From positions 66,466,001-66,530,000 of the forward strand of contig NC_087437.1 in the NCBI RefSeq assembly GCF_036321535.1: a DNA stretch of 64,000 nt, read 5' to 3'. Position 1 is the first letter of the stretch. The number at the start of each line of letters is the position of its first letter. The position numbers were made by a program, and so were the translations under genes. Positions 39,319 through 54,697 of this stretch are shown piece by piece. This DNA comes from Camelus dromedarius (Eukaryota). The notes beneath the pieces are model-generated. The model was not told the origin of the DNA, did not search any database, and saw nothing but the letters and a program-made list of their open reading frames with translations.

Positions 39319-39740
39319 TTAAACTAGTGCTTTCTTTGTTGCCTTACTTGCGCTGCTGATTTATACTTAGATCCTCCTTGCCTGTGTAAGGAACTCCACT
39401 GCTCAAATCCGACTCCTCCCTTTTCCTTAAGTGATCTGAAATATCACATTCCTGGTGAGCTTGGTTAACTCCATGGAAAATTCAAATTTGACCCCATCTT
39501 TAATTTACCCTGCCTGCTGGGAGGGGAGTGTTAGAGATATGACTTACACAGGGAAGCCAAAAACCTTGGGGTGAAGCCCAAGTGAAGTTGGATATACTTA
39601 CATTGCTCTCAGGCTTTGCAATATTCTAAAAGTAAGAAACATCAGAGTGATCCAGATTGCAGGGGAAAGCTGAAAATTCTATTCCCAATGTTCCTACCAT
39701 ACAAAGGTACAGGTCTGTGGGCTTCCAGAGAATTGTGCTA

Positions 39741-40064
<324 letters not shown>

Positions 40065-42939
40065 CTACTACTGTAAACAAGACAAGAAAAATGTGCAAAC
40101 ATTGGTCGACTTTTTTTAGCACATCTATTTCATTAAGTTAATGAAATGGGTCAGTACCCTCACTGACCACCCCTTTTCTTTACTACAGATAGTCAATCTT
40201 TTTCTAATCTACCCACTTACCCGGCTCTGGGCAGCCCCCACCCATCTGCTTCATTTTAGAATTATGAGTCTCAGTTTGGGATGGGCAATACAATACTAGA
40301 GAAGGGTCATGGGCTTACATCAATAACCCTGCTTTGGATCCTGGCTTTGTTCTTACCAGCAGTGTGACTTGCTTAAACTACCTAACTGTGGCAGAGATCC
40401 AGACATGTATCACAATGTCCTCTCTCATTCCTCTTAAACAATAGAACCTCTGGATTTTAGCTGAGCCAACAGGTGCCTAGAATAAAGACCACATTTCCTA
40501 GCACCATAGCTCTGGCAAGCGAATACATGCAGAAGTGATCTGTGCACTTTCCAGGAAGGATTCTTAAAGGGAAAGAACTAGCTTATTTTTTCCCTCTCTT
40601 TTCATTTCTCACTTCATGGGGACAAAACACAGGGATACCCATCATCTTAAATTGCCGTAAGGGTCATACCCCAGTGACAGAAAAACAGAAAGCTGGAAGG
40701 ATCCTGGGTCTCTGATGAATTTTTCGAACCATCATCTCAGCCCTGAACTGCTTCTTTTTAAAGCATTCTTGAAATTGTGAAATAGAATGGACATTTAGAA
40801 AAATGCAAAGGGCATACATGTACAGTGTAATGAATTAGGGTCAGGCCACTGCTAGGATCCCAAAGGTGGCTGCGGGCTCTTCCTGACCACAGCCCCCTTC
40901 CACTCTCATGAGTTTACGGTAAAGACTTCCATTTTTAGAGTTTTGCTCCCTAACTACGCGACCACAAACAATGCAGTTTAGTTTTGCCTGTTTTACAGGT
41001 AGATACACAGGAAGTTTCACAAGCATCAAGGGTGTCGCACTTAGTTTTGTATGCATTCTGTCTCAACAGATTTTGAGCTTTTAGGGGGAAGGGCATTTTC
41101 TATTTAATATCTGAGTATTTCTTTGTGTCTCAGATGATGCTTGGGACTCAGTAACAACTCAGCACCTGTTCCTTGACTAGCACTGCAGCAGGACTCTAGG
41201 TAGCATTGTTGAGCATATATTTACTTGTAAAACACCGAGACCTTACCCTTGAAGCCCTATGCCTTCCTATGGGAGAGACCCAATGACCAGCTCGATACTG
41301 TATCAACCAACCAACCCAAATGTATTTTCTCAATGTCTGTTATGTACAGAGGGCTATGCTGGCGTGTGGAAGGCACGAGGGGATGTACCGTCTGCCTGCT
41401 CCCATGGAGACTACAGTCGTATTCAGGACACTAGTCACAGCTACATGGAACGAGAAGCTGAGTCTTATAGTTCAGAGGTGGAAAGTGTAATGTGAGCTAC
41501 TTCTAGCAATATATGAACTTAGTGTTTACAAGTATCTGTACAGGTGTGTATGTTTCTGGACACACCTGAGCTTGTACGTGCATGAGTGAGTAAGGGAATG
41601 CATGGGTGGCTCCATGTGTGTCTGTGTGTTCCTCCATGGCTTTGCTAATATTGTGCACATGTGATTATATTTGTGAATATGCCTTCACGTACTGACGTGC
41701 AAAGTGTGTACGTGTTTAAATGTGAGTCTGACTTTCCGTACCTATGTTTCTCAATATCTATATGTTAGTTTTCTGGAAATTTACTAATGTATCCATTTCT
41801 GTGTTTTGGTATATTTATGTGTAAGTATATTTATCTTTAAGAGGGTCATATGATGCGAGATAGGGAATTTAAATGACGCTATGGTCCATAGGTGGATAGG
41901 TTCTTTACATGAATGATCCTTAAATCAGGCTGGAAGGGTCCTCTTAACCTTTCCTTGCCCTTTCTAGACATGCTGGCATTCCCACCTAGAAGATACCTTC
42001 CTAGAAACCTTTCACCAGCTTCTTCCTTTCTGTGTTTCTGAGTCTAATGGTTCCTCTGTCCCCTTCCTTTGATTCTCACTCCCAGCTGGTTCCTCCCATC
42101 CCAGCTGGTCTTTCCTTAGTGATGTTAGGTAGGGGAGAGTAAGTTCTGGTTTGCTAAAAATTGCTAAATCTCAGTAACTCTTTCTAAAGAAAAATGTGCT
42201 AAGACAGTAGGAAGCTAGAATGTGAATTAGTATAATAGGCTGTTTCATATTGTGGATGATCTGCCACTCCAGTTAAAAAGCTCAGCTTGACAACATACAA
42301 GCCAAAACTCTTTAAGCTGTACTGAGGATGGAAAATCTGTTAAACTTTTATCAATGTTTTAATTTGAAAAAACACACATCAAATACCATTCATGGATCAA
42401 TCCTAATTCCATGGCAATTGGGTAAATCCTTAAAATCTCAGATCAAATAGAAAGACCCCAAGTTGGTGCAGCATGTTTTTAAACTGAGGAGCCCCAAAGC
42501 ATCCACATATACAACCCTGACAGCCTCTTGGACAGGAATGTTAAGTTCCAGATTGGCCCTTTCTGTCTTTCCCAGCTGGCCCACATCTGGTCCAAGGGAA
42601 ACTCACAGCCTTGGCCTTGACCTGTTCTGGGTGTGCCCACCACCCCTCCTGAGGGTCAGACACCCTAACTGAGAGGATGCATATCATACTCTGAGCCGGG
42701 GAAGTACTCCTCCCACCTCTGGGTGTGTTTTTTAGTGGGTATTAGTCATAGCACAGCTCACTTTAAAGAAGTCTTCCTCCCAGTCCCCTCCAATTTTAAC
42801 ACTTGAGCTTTTAAATTCTTGATGAGGGCGGGAGGGCTTTGAGATATTACTAGTTCCTTGAATTTCCTCTGAAGTTGCATCTTGGTCACTTTGGAATTTC
42901 ACATCTACCGGGTCTTGGTCACAATTCTAATTCACCATC

Positions 42940-43798
<859 letters not shown>

Positions 43799-44770
43799 CT
43801 ACAGATTCCACTAAGAATGGTGATTTCTGAGACAGGATGCTTAGGTTACCCTTGCCAGTCACGTCACTTTCAGAAGGCACTTCGTTTTTACAAAGAATAT
43901 TATCTCCAGCCTGGCCCCATCCCAAGGGTTTTACTGGGAAAACTTATGTTACAAACTCAGATGTAAGAAAGCAGATTGCTCTGTCAGTCACTGATGGAGG
44001 ATAGTCTTCAAATTATAAAGAGCATTTAGTAAAACACAATGCTGTAGATCAACTATTCTTCAATTACAAATTTTTTTTTAAAGATTTAGTAAAACATTTC
44101 TGTCAGCGTCCACACAGAATTTTTTTCTCTTTCAATTTAACTCAGAAGGTCAGGTGCTTGTGTCTCCCCAGACGTGAAGGGAAAGGTCAAGGTTTTTATT
44201 AAAAGATAATATTGGAGTTTGATTAAACAGACCTAGAAATTCACTCATGATACCTTTTAATTTTTCAATGCTTGGTCCTTTAACACAAGTTTGGGGAATT
44301 TTAAGATCTGAGTAACATGAAAGTAGAATACCTTGGTACTTTTTATTCTTTTAAATAACTTCAAAGTCATTAAAACTATCTTTGATCCAGAGCAGGAAAA
44401 AAGCCTATATGTCTACGTAATCACCAAGGTACAGCAGGGCCTGGAGCTCCTGGCCAGGGATAAGCCCCAGGTTGTCACTCTGCCCTGGCCCTGGCACATG
44501 GAAAATAAAGGAAAAGTGTTTAAGATGGTGTCGTGTGCCCGCACTGTCCTCAGGGACAAGGGGGTTGAGCCCTTCTCCCCGGCACTTGCTGCTGTCACAC
44601 TGAAGGTTTTCCCTCTGTTCTTAGTCCCCCTCTGGTGTGTATCCGAAGGGAGGACCACACGGGTCTTACGGGTCTTACAGGTCTTACGGCCACTGTGGGA
44701 AGTTGGCATTCAAGTGTGGTTTTAGCCCCAACACCCACATCCTCATCCTTACCCACCTCCTAGCCCACAC

Positions 44771-44870
44771 TTTCTTTCTTTCTTTTTTTTAAAATGGAGG
44801 TACTGGGGATTGAACCCAGGACCTCGTGCCTGCTAAGCATGCACTCTACCACTGAGCTATACCCTCCCCC
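44771..44870 (-). mobile_element. tRNA-derived SINE (Vic-1-like, camelid)
   Basis: Minus strand GGGGGAGGGTATAGCTCAGTGGTAGAGTGCATGCTTAGCAGGCACGAGGTCCTGGGTTCAATCCCCAGTACCTCC plus A-rich tail; Pol III A and B boxes intact. Confidence 0.85.
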
Positions 44871-46584
44871 AAAAGGTCACACATACTTTCTAAGCAGCTT
44901 GATGTATAAAATAGGGCGAGACGGACAGAAAGGGTGAGACTAAGAGTGTGTCAGTACTCCTTACATTTGTGAACAGCAGTCACTCAGCCCACAGACCACA
45001 AATGGATTTTCTCCTTGTCTCTGGGATCACAAGCTCCCTCACTTGGTGGTGGGGGGGTGGGGCAGATGCAACCTTTAAAACCCCGAGATGGCTCCCTGTT
45101 CTGTCCAGCCTCCCCCTCAGCAAGAACTTTGGGTTTGCTCAGGTAGTACAATCTCATTTGAAAATTAAGTAAGAATATTTAGGAAGGTGATTCTGCTGTG
45201 ACCATATCATGTAGTACATTATATAACTGGGAACTGTGGAGTTTCTGGACTGTTTCCACAGCAAATACAAGGGAAGGAGAAAAGGAGAGGACCAGCACTG
45301 CTGTGGGCATGTGAGCTGCCCGCTCCCTCGGGTGCCTGCGTATCCTCGGTGTGTCCAGGTACCGCTGCAGGTAAGCCTGGCGAGTCTGTGGCTAAGTGAC
45401 AGCTCTTCCCTTTAAGCCCTCTTAGCTGACATGATGTCTGTCAGTCAAATATTTATCCACTAAACGGCATAGGGTAGCTGAAAATCCTGATTGGCTGAGC
45501 TGCAGCTGCTAAAGTCTAGAATTAGAAACCTTGAGGGGCCAAGGATGGCATTTTTCCATCCCCGGGCCTGGGTATTCTGTCTCTAGGGCATTCTGCTCCG
45601 TATCTGAAAAGAAGTGCAGCCTGGCTCCATCATTTCCAGGACTCTTAGACCTCAGGATTCAGAGACTCCATTGTCCACATTTTCTTCCCCTTTCTCTGGT
45701 CCATCTGTTGGGTCTCACAGCTCATGGCTTTCTCCCCTACCCCCAGCTTCCATCACTCAGTGACCATCCACAGCCCTGCTGTCACATAAAAGGAATAAAG
45801 AGGTGCTTGTTTCTGAGCCACTTACCATTTGTTCTCAATTCCACAGCACAAGGTATGTGTGTTACTAAACGCGGGTCATAGTAATTTTGCTGTCAGTTTA
45901 CTTTCTTGTAACACTAAACTCCGTGCCAACTCATCCTTTTTCACACTGATTTACAGATAAGTGAGAGATAGTGAAAGCAGACCAATGCTGTAGTCAACAA
46001 CATTAAATGCTGCGTGTATACAGACAAACACCAGAAGAAAATGGGAAGCACATTTACAGTTGTTGGGTTAGAGCTGCAATTACCAGCTATTGTCAGTCAC
46101 ACAGAGCTCAGTGGACCTGATGAAAGTCCCAGAATATCATACTAACGTATTTAATATGCATTTCAACCAGCATGAGCTATCTATGCCTCTAATATGCAAA
46201 TATAACCAGCATGCACAGCTCAAAAACTCACACATGAGTGTGGATAGTTTTTAAAATCTCATTTCTCACTTTTTTCTTATTGCTTTTATTACTAATTCAT
46301 TCTGCTGGGCTTCCACTGAAATATAATAGAGTCACCAAATATTTAAGAAAAATTGGAAAAGAAAACCTTTTTAAATTGTGGGGATCTTTTCTTTTTTGCA
46401 AAAACGAAAATAAGAGCATATTCAATTCGAGGGGATGGGGACCACACCCCATTCAAATTATGGACTGCAACAGCACTGATAAAAAATGCTGCCAGCGCTA
46501 GAGTGCTGGGATTGTGGGGGCTGTTTCCCTTTCATCACTGCATTTATTGTTACTGTGATGTTGCCTGCACAACAGCAAAAATCA

Positions 46585-46926
<342 letters not shown>

Positions 46927-47801
46927 TCATATTCTCTTTTCTGAGAGATCTGCCCCTGGAGTGGAATACACAACCTGCTGTCTGGACTTAACTGTGGCGT
47001 TTCTCCTGGGGAAATACCGAAAGGAGAGGAAAGAGTAATGCTGAACACAAAATGCTCACCCCGCTTCCCTGGACTTAGTCACCAAAGCCGAGTCTCTTAA
47101 GAGTTAGGGCTGTCTGGGGAGAAAAAGCATTTTAGCCGGGGCTTTAAATCAGTCCGTTTTTAAACTGAAGCGTGTGCGTGCTCTAGCAGCACAAGTCATC
47201 TGGCTAAGGATTTACCGTCAGGAAGACCAGAGTTGAATTTGCTGGCAGTTAACATAATCCCTCTCAGACTCACATTACTCACCTGTAAAATGGATAACCG
47301 ACAGGAAAAAAGTGAGATGATATATTAGAGCAAAGAATATATAATGTGAGCCTATGGTAGGGGTTCAAAACTAGTTATTGTTCAAAGGTAGTTATTATTA
47401 CTTAGCTACTTCATGTATTATTCAGGTATTACTAGGTATATGCACACTCAAATAACTGTATTATGACTTTGGAAAAATCAGATAATCCACTTGGTTGGTG
47501 ATGTTTTCACAGTCAAAATTCAGGTATGAAAGTTGCTAGATTCAGCAATTCCAAGGAAGACATGAGTTTCACACTGCCTTGGTTACAACTGTGGCAAACA
47601 GCGGGCAGGGCCTTCCTCTCCTTGACACTGTGCCCTTACCTGGGCAAACTACAGCAGCAGGAGGGAATGGGCGGGTAAAGTTAGTTCCGTAGGACGGCAG
47701 AGTGCAAGAGGCAATTCACCCCCAAGGAACCAAGCACATTCGCATTCTGTAAATCTATTCACAAAGAAGACGAGCAGGGCCAGTGGCTGCACCCTACACA
47801 C

Positions 47802-47873
47802 CATGTTCTGAACGACTCTGCCCCGGAGTAACTTTTGAAGGTAGATCACAGCCATTTCTATATCTTCTTCTTC
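47802..47873 (-). CDS. CFAP91: CFAP91 coding exon (EEEDIEMAVIYLQKLLRGRVVQNM; IQ-like motif)
   Basis: Inside ORF 47649..47972; ctttcag| acceptor, ATG|gtgtgt donor; 72 nt. Confidence 0.95.
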
Positions 47874-49232
47874 CTGAAAGAACAAAGGGAGAACCAAGCA
47901 GTTTGAGAACAGCACAGTCAGCATCAAATACTTTTCTGAAGATTTATATAAAAAAAAGTTTGTATCTAGCAAAAAGCTAGATGCCAGAAGGATTGAGAGA
48001 GAAATAAAACATCAGCCCTCCCCTCATTAAACATAGAGGATTTTACATGTTACTTATAGTGTTGTTAAAATTCATTATTATTTTTTCATAACTATCATTA
48101 ATTATATCAAAAGCAAAATATTTACCCACTGTCATGCTACCCGTACAAATTAAGCCATTTTTCTTTTCTCTATACTTCTTTCCAGCAAAATCTTTCTTGA
48201 AGCAGTAAGTACTACAAATAACATCTCTTTTGCAATAGTTGTTTCATGTTTGCTCATGAGGAGACAATACGGGTGGTCTTATATCAGAGTTGAAAGTGAG
48301 GTGCTTCTCACAAGAATTTAGCTGAACTGGTAACATCAGAATATAGTGGACAAGATTAGCCATCTACAAAAATCACCTTAAGTATGTGTCAAAAGCAGGA
48401 AGAGCTGAGTCTGACTGCAAAAGAAATCAACAGTGGACTCAATGGAGTGAACACACGTGAAACAGAGTGTCAACCACAGGCGCTGGTCGGCACAAAGTCT
48501 AGAAAAGGGATGCTGCCCGAGCACATTGTGACCAGTCAGCGGGAGCATTCTGGTCCCTCCACAGAGACGAGCCACCAGAGGTGCTACTGAGATGTCCCGT
48601 CAGCTTCCTTCCCGCGGAAAAGCACAGCCACCTTCTGTACAATCTGACTTCTTGTGAAGACTGCCCTGTCCTCACAAGGACAGGGAGGTAACAAGCTGAC
48701 CTGCCGAGAGGAACATCCCGATCCACCAGGCAGTTCTATTTCTCTCTGTAAAGTAACAAATTTGCCTTGTGGCATCTGGAGCAGTTTCTTGTGGGTTTGG
48801 TCTGAGTCAGTCCTTTAAAACCTAATCAACTCTGGAATGTTGTCCGAACTGAGTCTGGGGCTCCGCGGAGGTGAGGTATGGCCCTAGTCAGGGGAAGCCT
48901 TCTGAGCCAGTCCTACCCTGGAAGCCAGCCTGTCTCGATGGCACCTCTGTATTTCATTCCTCTCTAAGTCCAGCTGTTCTCTGCTGCCTCTGCATGTGGG
49001 AAGATGGTTATGGGAACTGATCATTATTCAATCTTCTTTTTTTATTTAACAGATGTGACGATTGCCTCCTGTTGCCTATTTTTCTTGGGAAGATTTTATT
49101 CTTTGTGTTTTTATTCTTGAAAAGGATTGAATTTAGATTTCATTTCATTTTGCTTGTTTGTGTGTGTGCGTTTAAAACAGAAGGATAAAGGAAACATCAG
49201 TCAAATCTTGGGATCTGTTATGTTCGATTTTA

Positions 49233-49487
<255 letters not shown>

Positions 49488-50390
49488 TCACAGATCTGGT
49501 ATCAATCAGAAATAATCTTCTCCATGGCCAAGCTAGGGCAGTTCAAGAAAGTCCAAACCAGGGTGTTTATCTCTCCCAGAGGATGCTATGATAGTCCCAT
49601 GAATAAGTTAACCACAGAACAAACTTGAAACATATTCTAGGTGTATCCATTTTAATCAAAAGTTTTCATTTTTTTTTTAAGTTTTTAGAAGGTTCTGTCA
49701 TGTGTCAAGCAAAACCCCCAACCCCTATTCTTCCATGTGAGCTAATCTGCTGTTGTGAATGACTGTCTGGGCAATAGAAAACTGTCCCGTGTGGCAAATG
49801 GCTGAAATATTCAGCATGTTCTGTTGTCATGCGGGAACTGATGGGCATTAAATGGTAATTATTTAAAAGTAAAGAGAACTTTATTTTGAGCTTAAAGGCC
49901 TGCAAGACAAGATTTTTGAACTTGGTTCCTTGTGAAAGAATGTGTGTGTGTTTCTATTTCAACATGCACTTCATTTTATTTTTTTTTAACTTTTGATCAT
50001 CAAAAGTCCTGCCAAAATTATACATGACATGAGTTTTTGTTCATTGGTTCCATTTTCAGGTATAGGGGGACACTTTTAACTTAAAAGAATCAAAAATTCT
50101 GATCTCTGTGATTATAAAATCACACTGTTACTACTTTTTCATCATATAATACTTTTTACATTTTTCCACAAAAAATATATATATAAGTGATAAAACAACA
50201 AGCACAAAGCCAAGACTTGAAATTAATAAAAATATGTTAGTTATGAGTAAAATTTGGAGCCACATAAAGTTACTGTGGTTGTAATAGAGCCTCTGGGTTT
50301 CTTGAAAATAAATCTGACAGCAAATATATATAGCAGCGCTATGATAACCAAAACCATGAATCAGCAGAGGGCAGCAGCAGTCTAAAGGTA

Positions 50391-53060
50391 CTCTTGCCCC
50401 TTGAACAACATGGGTTTGAACTGCATAGATCCACTAATACACAGAAGCTTTTCAATAAATATGTTGGAAAAATTTTTGGAGATTTTTGACAACTTGAAAA
50501 AACTTGCAGATGAACCACACAGCACAGAAATATTGAAAAAGAAAAAATTTGGCATGTCATGAATGCATAAAATATAGGCAGATACTAGTCTATTTAATCA
50601 TTTACTACCATAAAATATATACAAATCTATCATAAAAAAGTAAAATTTATCAAAACTAACACACACAGACACATAACAGACCACGTGTGGTGCCACTCGC
50701 AGTTGAAAGAAATGTAAATAAGTGTAAAGATGCAGTATTAAATCATAACTGCGTAAAATTAACTATAGTAAATACTACACTGCTGTAATAATTTCACAGC
50801 TACCTCCTGTTGCTTTTGCTGTGAACTTGTGTCGGCGAGTGTCGACTTAAAAAGTATGGTGACACTAACCATCTCCAAGTGAGCAGGTCATCTCTCATGT
50901 TAACATGCTGAGTTGCGTGTCAAGATAACAAGTGAGCTCTAGTGCTTCTCACGTAGTTTCTATCATATTTAGCGTAATACCGTACACCTTGAATGACACC
51001 ATGAAACCCATACGAAGTGCCACCAGCAATGCTGGGAATGCTCCCAAGAAGCAGAGAAAAGTCATGACATTACAAGAAAAAGTTGAATTGCTTGATATGC
51101 ACCGTAGACTGAGGGCTGCAGCTGCAGCTGCTGCTATTTCAAGATAAAAGAATCCAGTGTAAGGACCATTGTGAAAAAAGAAAAGGAAATTCATGAAGCT
51201 GTCGCTGCAGCCACACCCGCAGATGTGAAAACATTGTACTTTCTGCAAACTACCTTTTTATCTCACGTTGAAAATGCAGCTTTCATGTGTGTGCAGCTTT
51301 GCTTTAAGAAAGGCCTGTCTGTAGACTCTAATATGATTAGAGAAAAAGTGAAGTCATTATATAAGGACTTAAGTAAAAGGCAGGTGAAGGATCCAAAGCT
51401 GGAGAACTTAATGCCAGCAAAGGATGGTTTGATAATTTTAGAAAGAGGTTTGGCTTAAACCAAGATAATAGGAGAAGCAGCTTCTGCTGACCAAGAGGCA
51501 GAAGATGAGTTCCCAGACACCGTTAAGAAAATCACTGAGGGAAAAGGACATCTGCCTGAACAGATATTTAAAGCAGATGAAAGTGCCCTATTCTGGAGGG
51601 AAAAAAAATGCCACAAAGGACATTTGTTCATAAGGAAGAGAAGTGAGCACCAGGATTCAAGGCAAGAAGGGACAGGGTTTCTCTACTGTTTTATGCAAAA
51701 ACAGTTGGGTTATGATCAGGACTGCCCTTATCTAGAAAGCAGCTAACCCCCCAGTCTTGAAGAGAAAAGATAAACAAACACCAGCTGCCAAGTCTTTTGG
51801 TTAGAAAAGAAGGCCTTGAAGAGAACATTTTTTTCTGGATTGGTTCCATTAAAGCATTGTCCCTGAAGTCAGGATGTACCTTGGCAGTGAGGGACTCCCC
51901 TCTTAAACTTCTTTTCATATCAGACAACGTCCCTGGCCACCCAGAACCCCGTAAGTTCAATACCAAAGGCAACAAAGTGATCTACTTGCTCCAAATACAA
52001 TGGCTATAATGAAGCCTCTAGCTCAGGTGGTTGGTCACATGGAAGGAACTTTAAGGCTCATAACACTATGGAATACTCTATGGAAAGGACTGTCAGTGCT
52101 ATGGAAGAGAACCCGACAGAGAGAACGTTAGGAAGTCTGGAAGGATTACATCACTGAAGATACCACCATTATTATAGAAAAAGCTGTGAAAGCCATTAAG
52201 CCCGAAACAATAAATTCCTACTGGAGGAAACTGTGTCCAGATGGTATGCATGACCTGACAGAATTTACAACAGAGCCAATCAAGGAAATCATGAAAGAGA
52301 TCGTGAATATGGCAACAACAACAACAAAAAAAAAGGTGGTGGGAGGTGAGGGATTTCAAGACATGGATCTTGGAGAAATTCAAGAGCTAAAAGACACCAC
52401 CCAGAGGAATTAACAGAAGATGACCTGACAGGGACCAGTGCTTCTGAACCAGTGCAACACAAGGAGGAAGAGGATGCAGAAGACACGATGCCAGACAACA
52501 GTAGACATTAGATGATCTGGGAGAGCACTTTCCATTATTCAAGATGGCTTTTGACTTCTTTTACAACATGGACCCTTCTATGATACAGGCACTGAAACTA
52601 AACCAAATGATGGAATAAGGATTGGTACCATATAGAAACATTTTTAGGGCAATGAAAAAGCAAAAAAAAAAAAAAAAAAAGACAAATTACAATGTATTTC
52701 TGTAAAGTTCCACTGAGTGTGCCTGTGTCTCCTGCCTCCCCTCCCACCTCCTCTACGTCTTCCACCTCTGCCACCCCTGAAACAGCAGGACCGACCCCTC
52801 ATCTTCCTCCTTCCCCTCAGCCTACTCACTGTGAAAGATGATGAGGATGAAGACCGTTAGGGGCTCCATTTCGACCTAATGAATAGTAAATAATCATCAC
52901 GTGGTACAGTTAATAAATTTATCTGTTGTGTATGTATGTGAGTGTCTTTGTGTGAAAATCTAATAACTATTCAGCAAGAACTGTATGGGGCATTTTTGTG
53001 TCATCATGATCATCATCCCCTAAGTATTCATTGTTCAACATCATGTCCAAGACTTGTATT
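50391..53060 (+). mobile_element. Tigger2-family (TcMar/pogo) DNA transposon with frameshifted transposase; right TIR not seen
   Basis: TA followed by C..TTG.CCCTTGAACAACA.GGGTTTGAACTGC left end; transposase fragments in ORFs 50932..51147, 51171..51458, 51797..52009 and 52186..52413. Confidence 0.88.
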
Positions 53061-54554
53061 GAGGTCAGTGAAGAAAGAATCAAACAAGAGATCTGTTACA
53101 GATTTCAACTGAAGAAAATGTTTCAAGAAGGAGAGAGTAACCACTCAAACACTGCAGAGAGGAGAGAACTGACTACTGTGTAGCAGTTAGCAATGCAGAG
53201 AGAACTGCTGGACATAATCAGACTCATTGGAGTGTCTTTGTTTCAAAGTCTATTTTGTCTGGAGAAGGAGATCAAGAGTAGGAGTAGAGGATGTGGAATT
53301 TACCTTTCTCAACAAACACACCAAAAATACATCTACATGTGGAACGATTCTCACTGAAAACTAACTGGAGACTGGCAGATAGATTCTTGCACAACCATGG
53401 CTGTAAGAAAGATCCACTCGGAGTTGGGTAGGAAAAGAAGAGAAGTGATCAGGTCAGGACCTTTTAGGGGATTCAGGTAATGAGGAGGGGTTACACAGGC
53501 AGAGATCTCACTGGGGAGTGAGTGGTTCAAGTCACATATTGGGTGCCCCAGGCCTGGAGTTTGACACAGGGAAGGCAAGTCCCCTTGGCTGGGAATAACA
53601 GCAGGGCTGTGGGAAGCCTGGACTTTGCTTATAAGGAATGTGTGCATATTTGCTTGCTCACAAAGTAGGGCAGAGAGGGTGGACTGAAAACTGCATAGGT
53701 GGCTGGCTGCTTTCCCGTGAATGCCTCCGCGTGTGCCCCAGCCTGATGCAAGTGAATGCTCCAACCCCGCTTGGGAGCCAGGTTGTGAGACAGAGGCAGC
53801 TCAGATACAAAGCAGCGTCTAAGCAGGGTGGGGGCAGCCATTGCTGGTGCTTACACAGGCAGGGCATCAGAGAAATCCAGATCTCTGGCCTCAGGTGGAC
53901 CACCATGGCCTATGCTGTAGCCATGCTCCAATCCATGCCATGTGCCCCACACCAGTCCCTCTTAATCCAGCACTGCTCTCATCTGGGAATGGGGAGAGTG
54001 TACACTTAGAAGGAGTGGAACTAGCTCAGACCCAGCCCTCAGGGCTTCTGCTATAGCAAGATAGGACCAGAACTCACCCCCATTAGGGCAGCAATGGCCA
54101 CTGAGCAGAGGGGAACCCAGCCTTATAAGACTTTGGCCCTAGCACCTCCATCTCCAGCCCTACCTTCTACCAAGGTGATAGCTACCAGCATGCCTTGAGA
54201 AAAGATGTGACTTGTGTTCATGTCCAATCCAGCTCTCCAGCCAAAGCCACTGGGCCCACACAGACTGTCTAGGGATGCTCCCACATAAGGACACCCTTTC
54301 AAGACCACAACTGTTTCACCTTATTTCATACAGCCAGAGAAAGATAAGCAAAATGAGAAGATAGAGGAATTTATCTTACTGAAAGTGCAAGAGAAAACCT
54401 TTGAAAAAACAACTAGTGAAACAAAAAAACAATTTACCAGATAAAGAATTCAAAGCATTAGTAATAAATGTGCTAACCGAATTAGGAAAAAGAATAGATG
54501 AACACAGTGAGAATTTTAACAAGGAATTAGAAAATACAAAAAAGAAGCAGTCAG

Positions 54555-54697
54555 CCCAAGTTCTTGCTTTTGTTTTTAGCTAAAGACAGTATTTAAGGTG
54601 TTACCTTTGCCTATTTCAGGGAGTGACTCAGTTTTTCTGAGTATACAGGAGGTATACATGTTATTAAACTTGTTTGTTTTTCAAAAAAAAAAAAAAG
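54555..54697 (+). mobile_element. Polyadenylated LTR-like fragment inserted in L1 ORF1
   Basis: ATTAAA at 54663-54668, A14 from 54683, 14-bp TSD (12/14). Confidence 0.7.

Noticed and set aside
44660..44690. (GGTCTTAC)x3 9-bp tandem repeat
   Set aside because: Short slippage repeat with no spacers; not CRISPR-like or otherwise informative.
44795..44870. Possible functional tRNA gene
   Set aside because: It has an A-rich tail, a non-pairing acceptor stem and a second degenerate copy; a SINE is the better explanation.
48570..48588. CTCF-like GCCACCAGAGGTGCT
   Set aside because: It needs a 1-nt gap to fit the core motif; too weak to report.
51001..52560. Possible domesticated TIGD/CENP-B-like gene
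   Set aside because: Multiple frameshifts and stops, and it is embedded in transposon flanks with a TIR.
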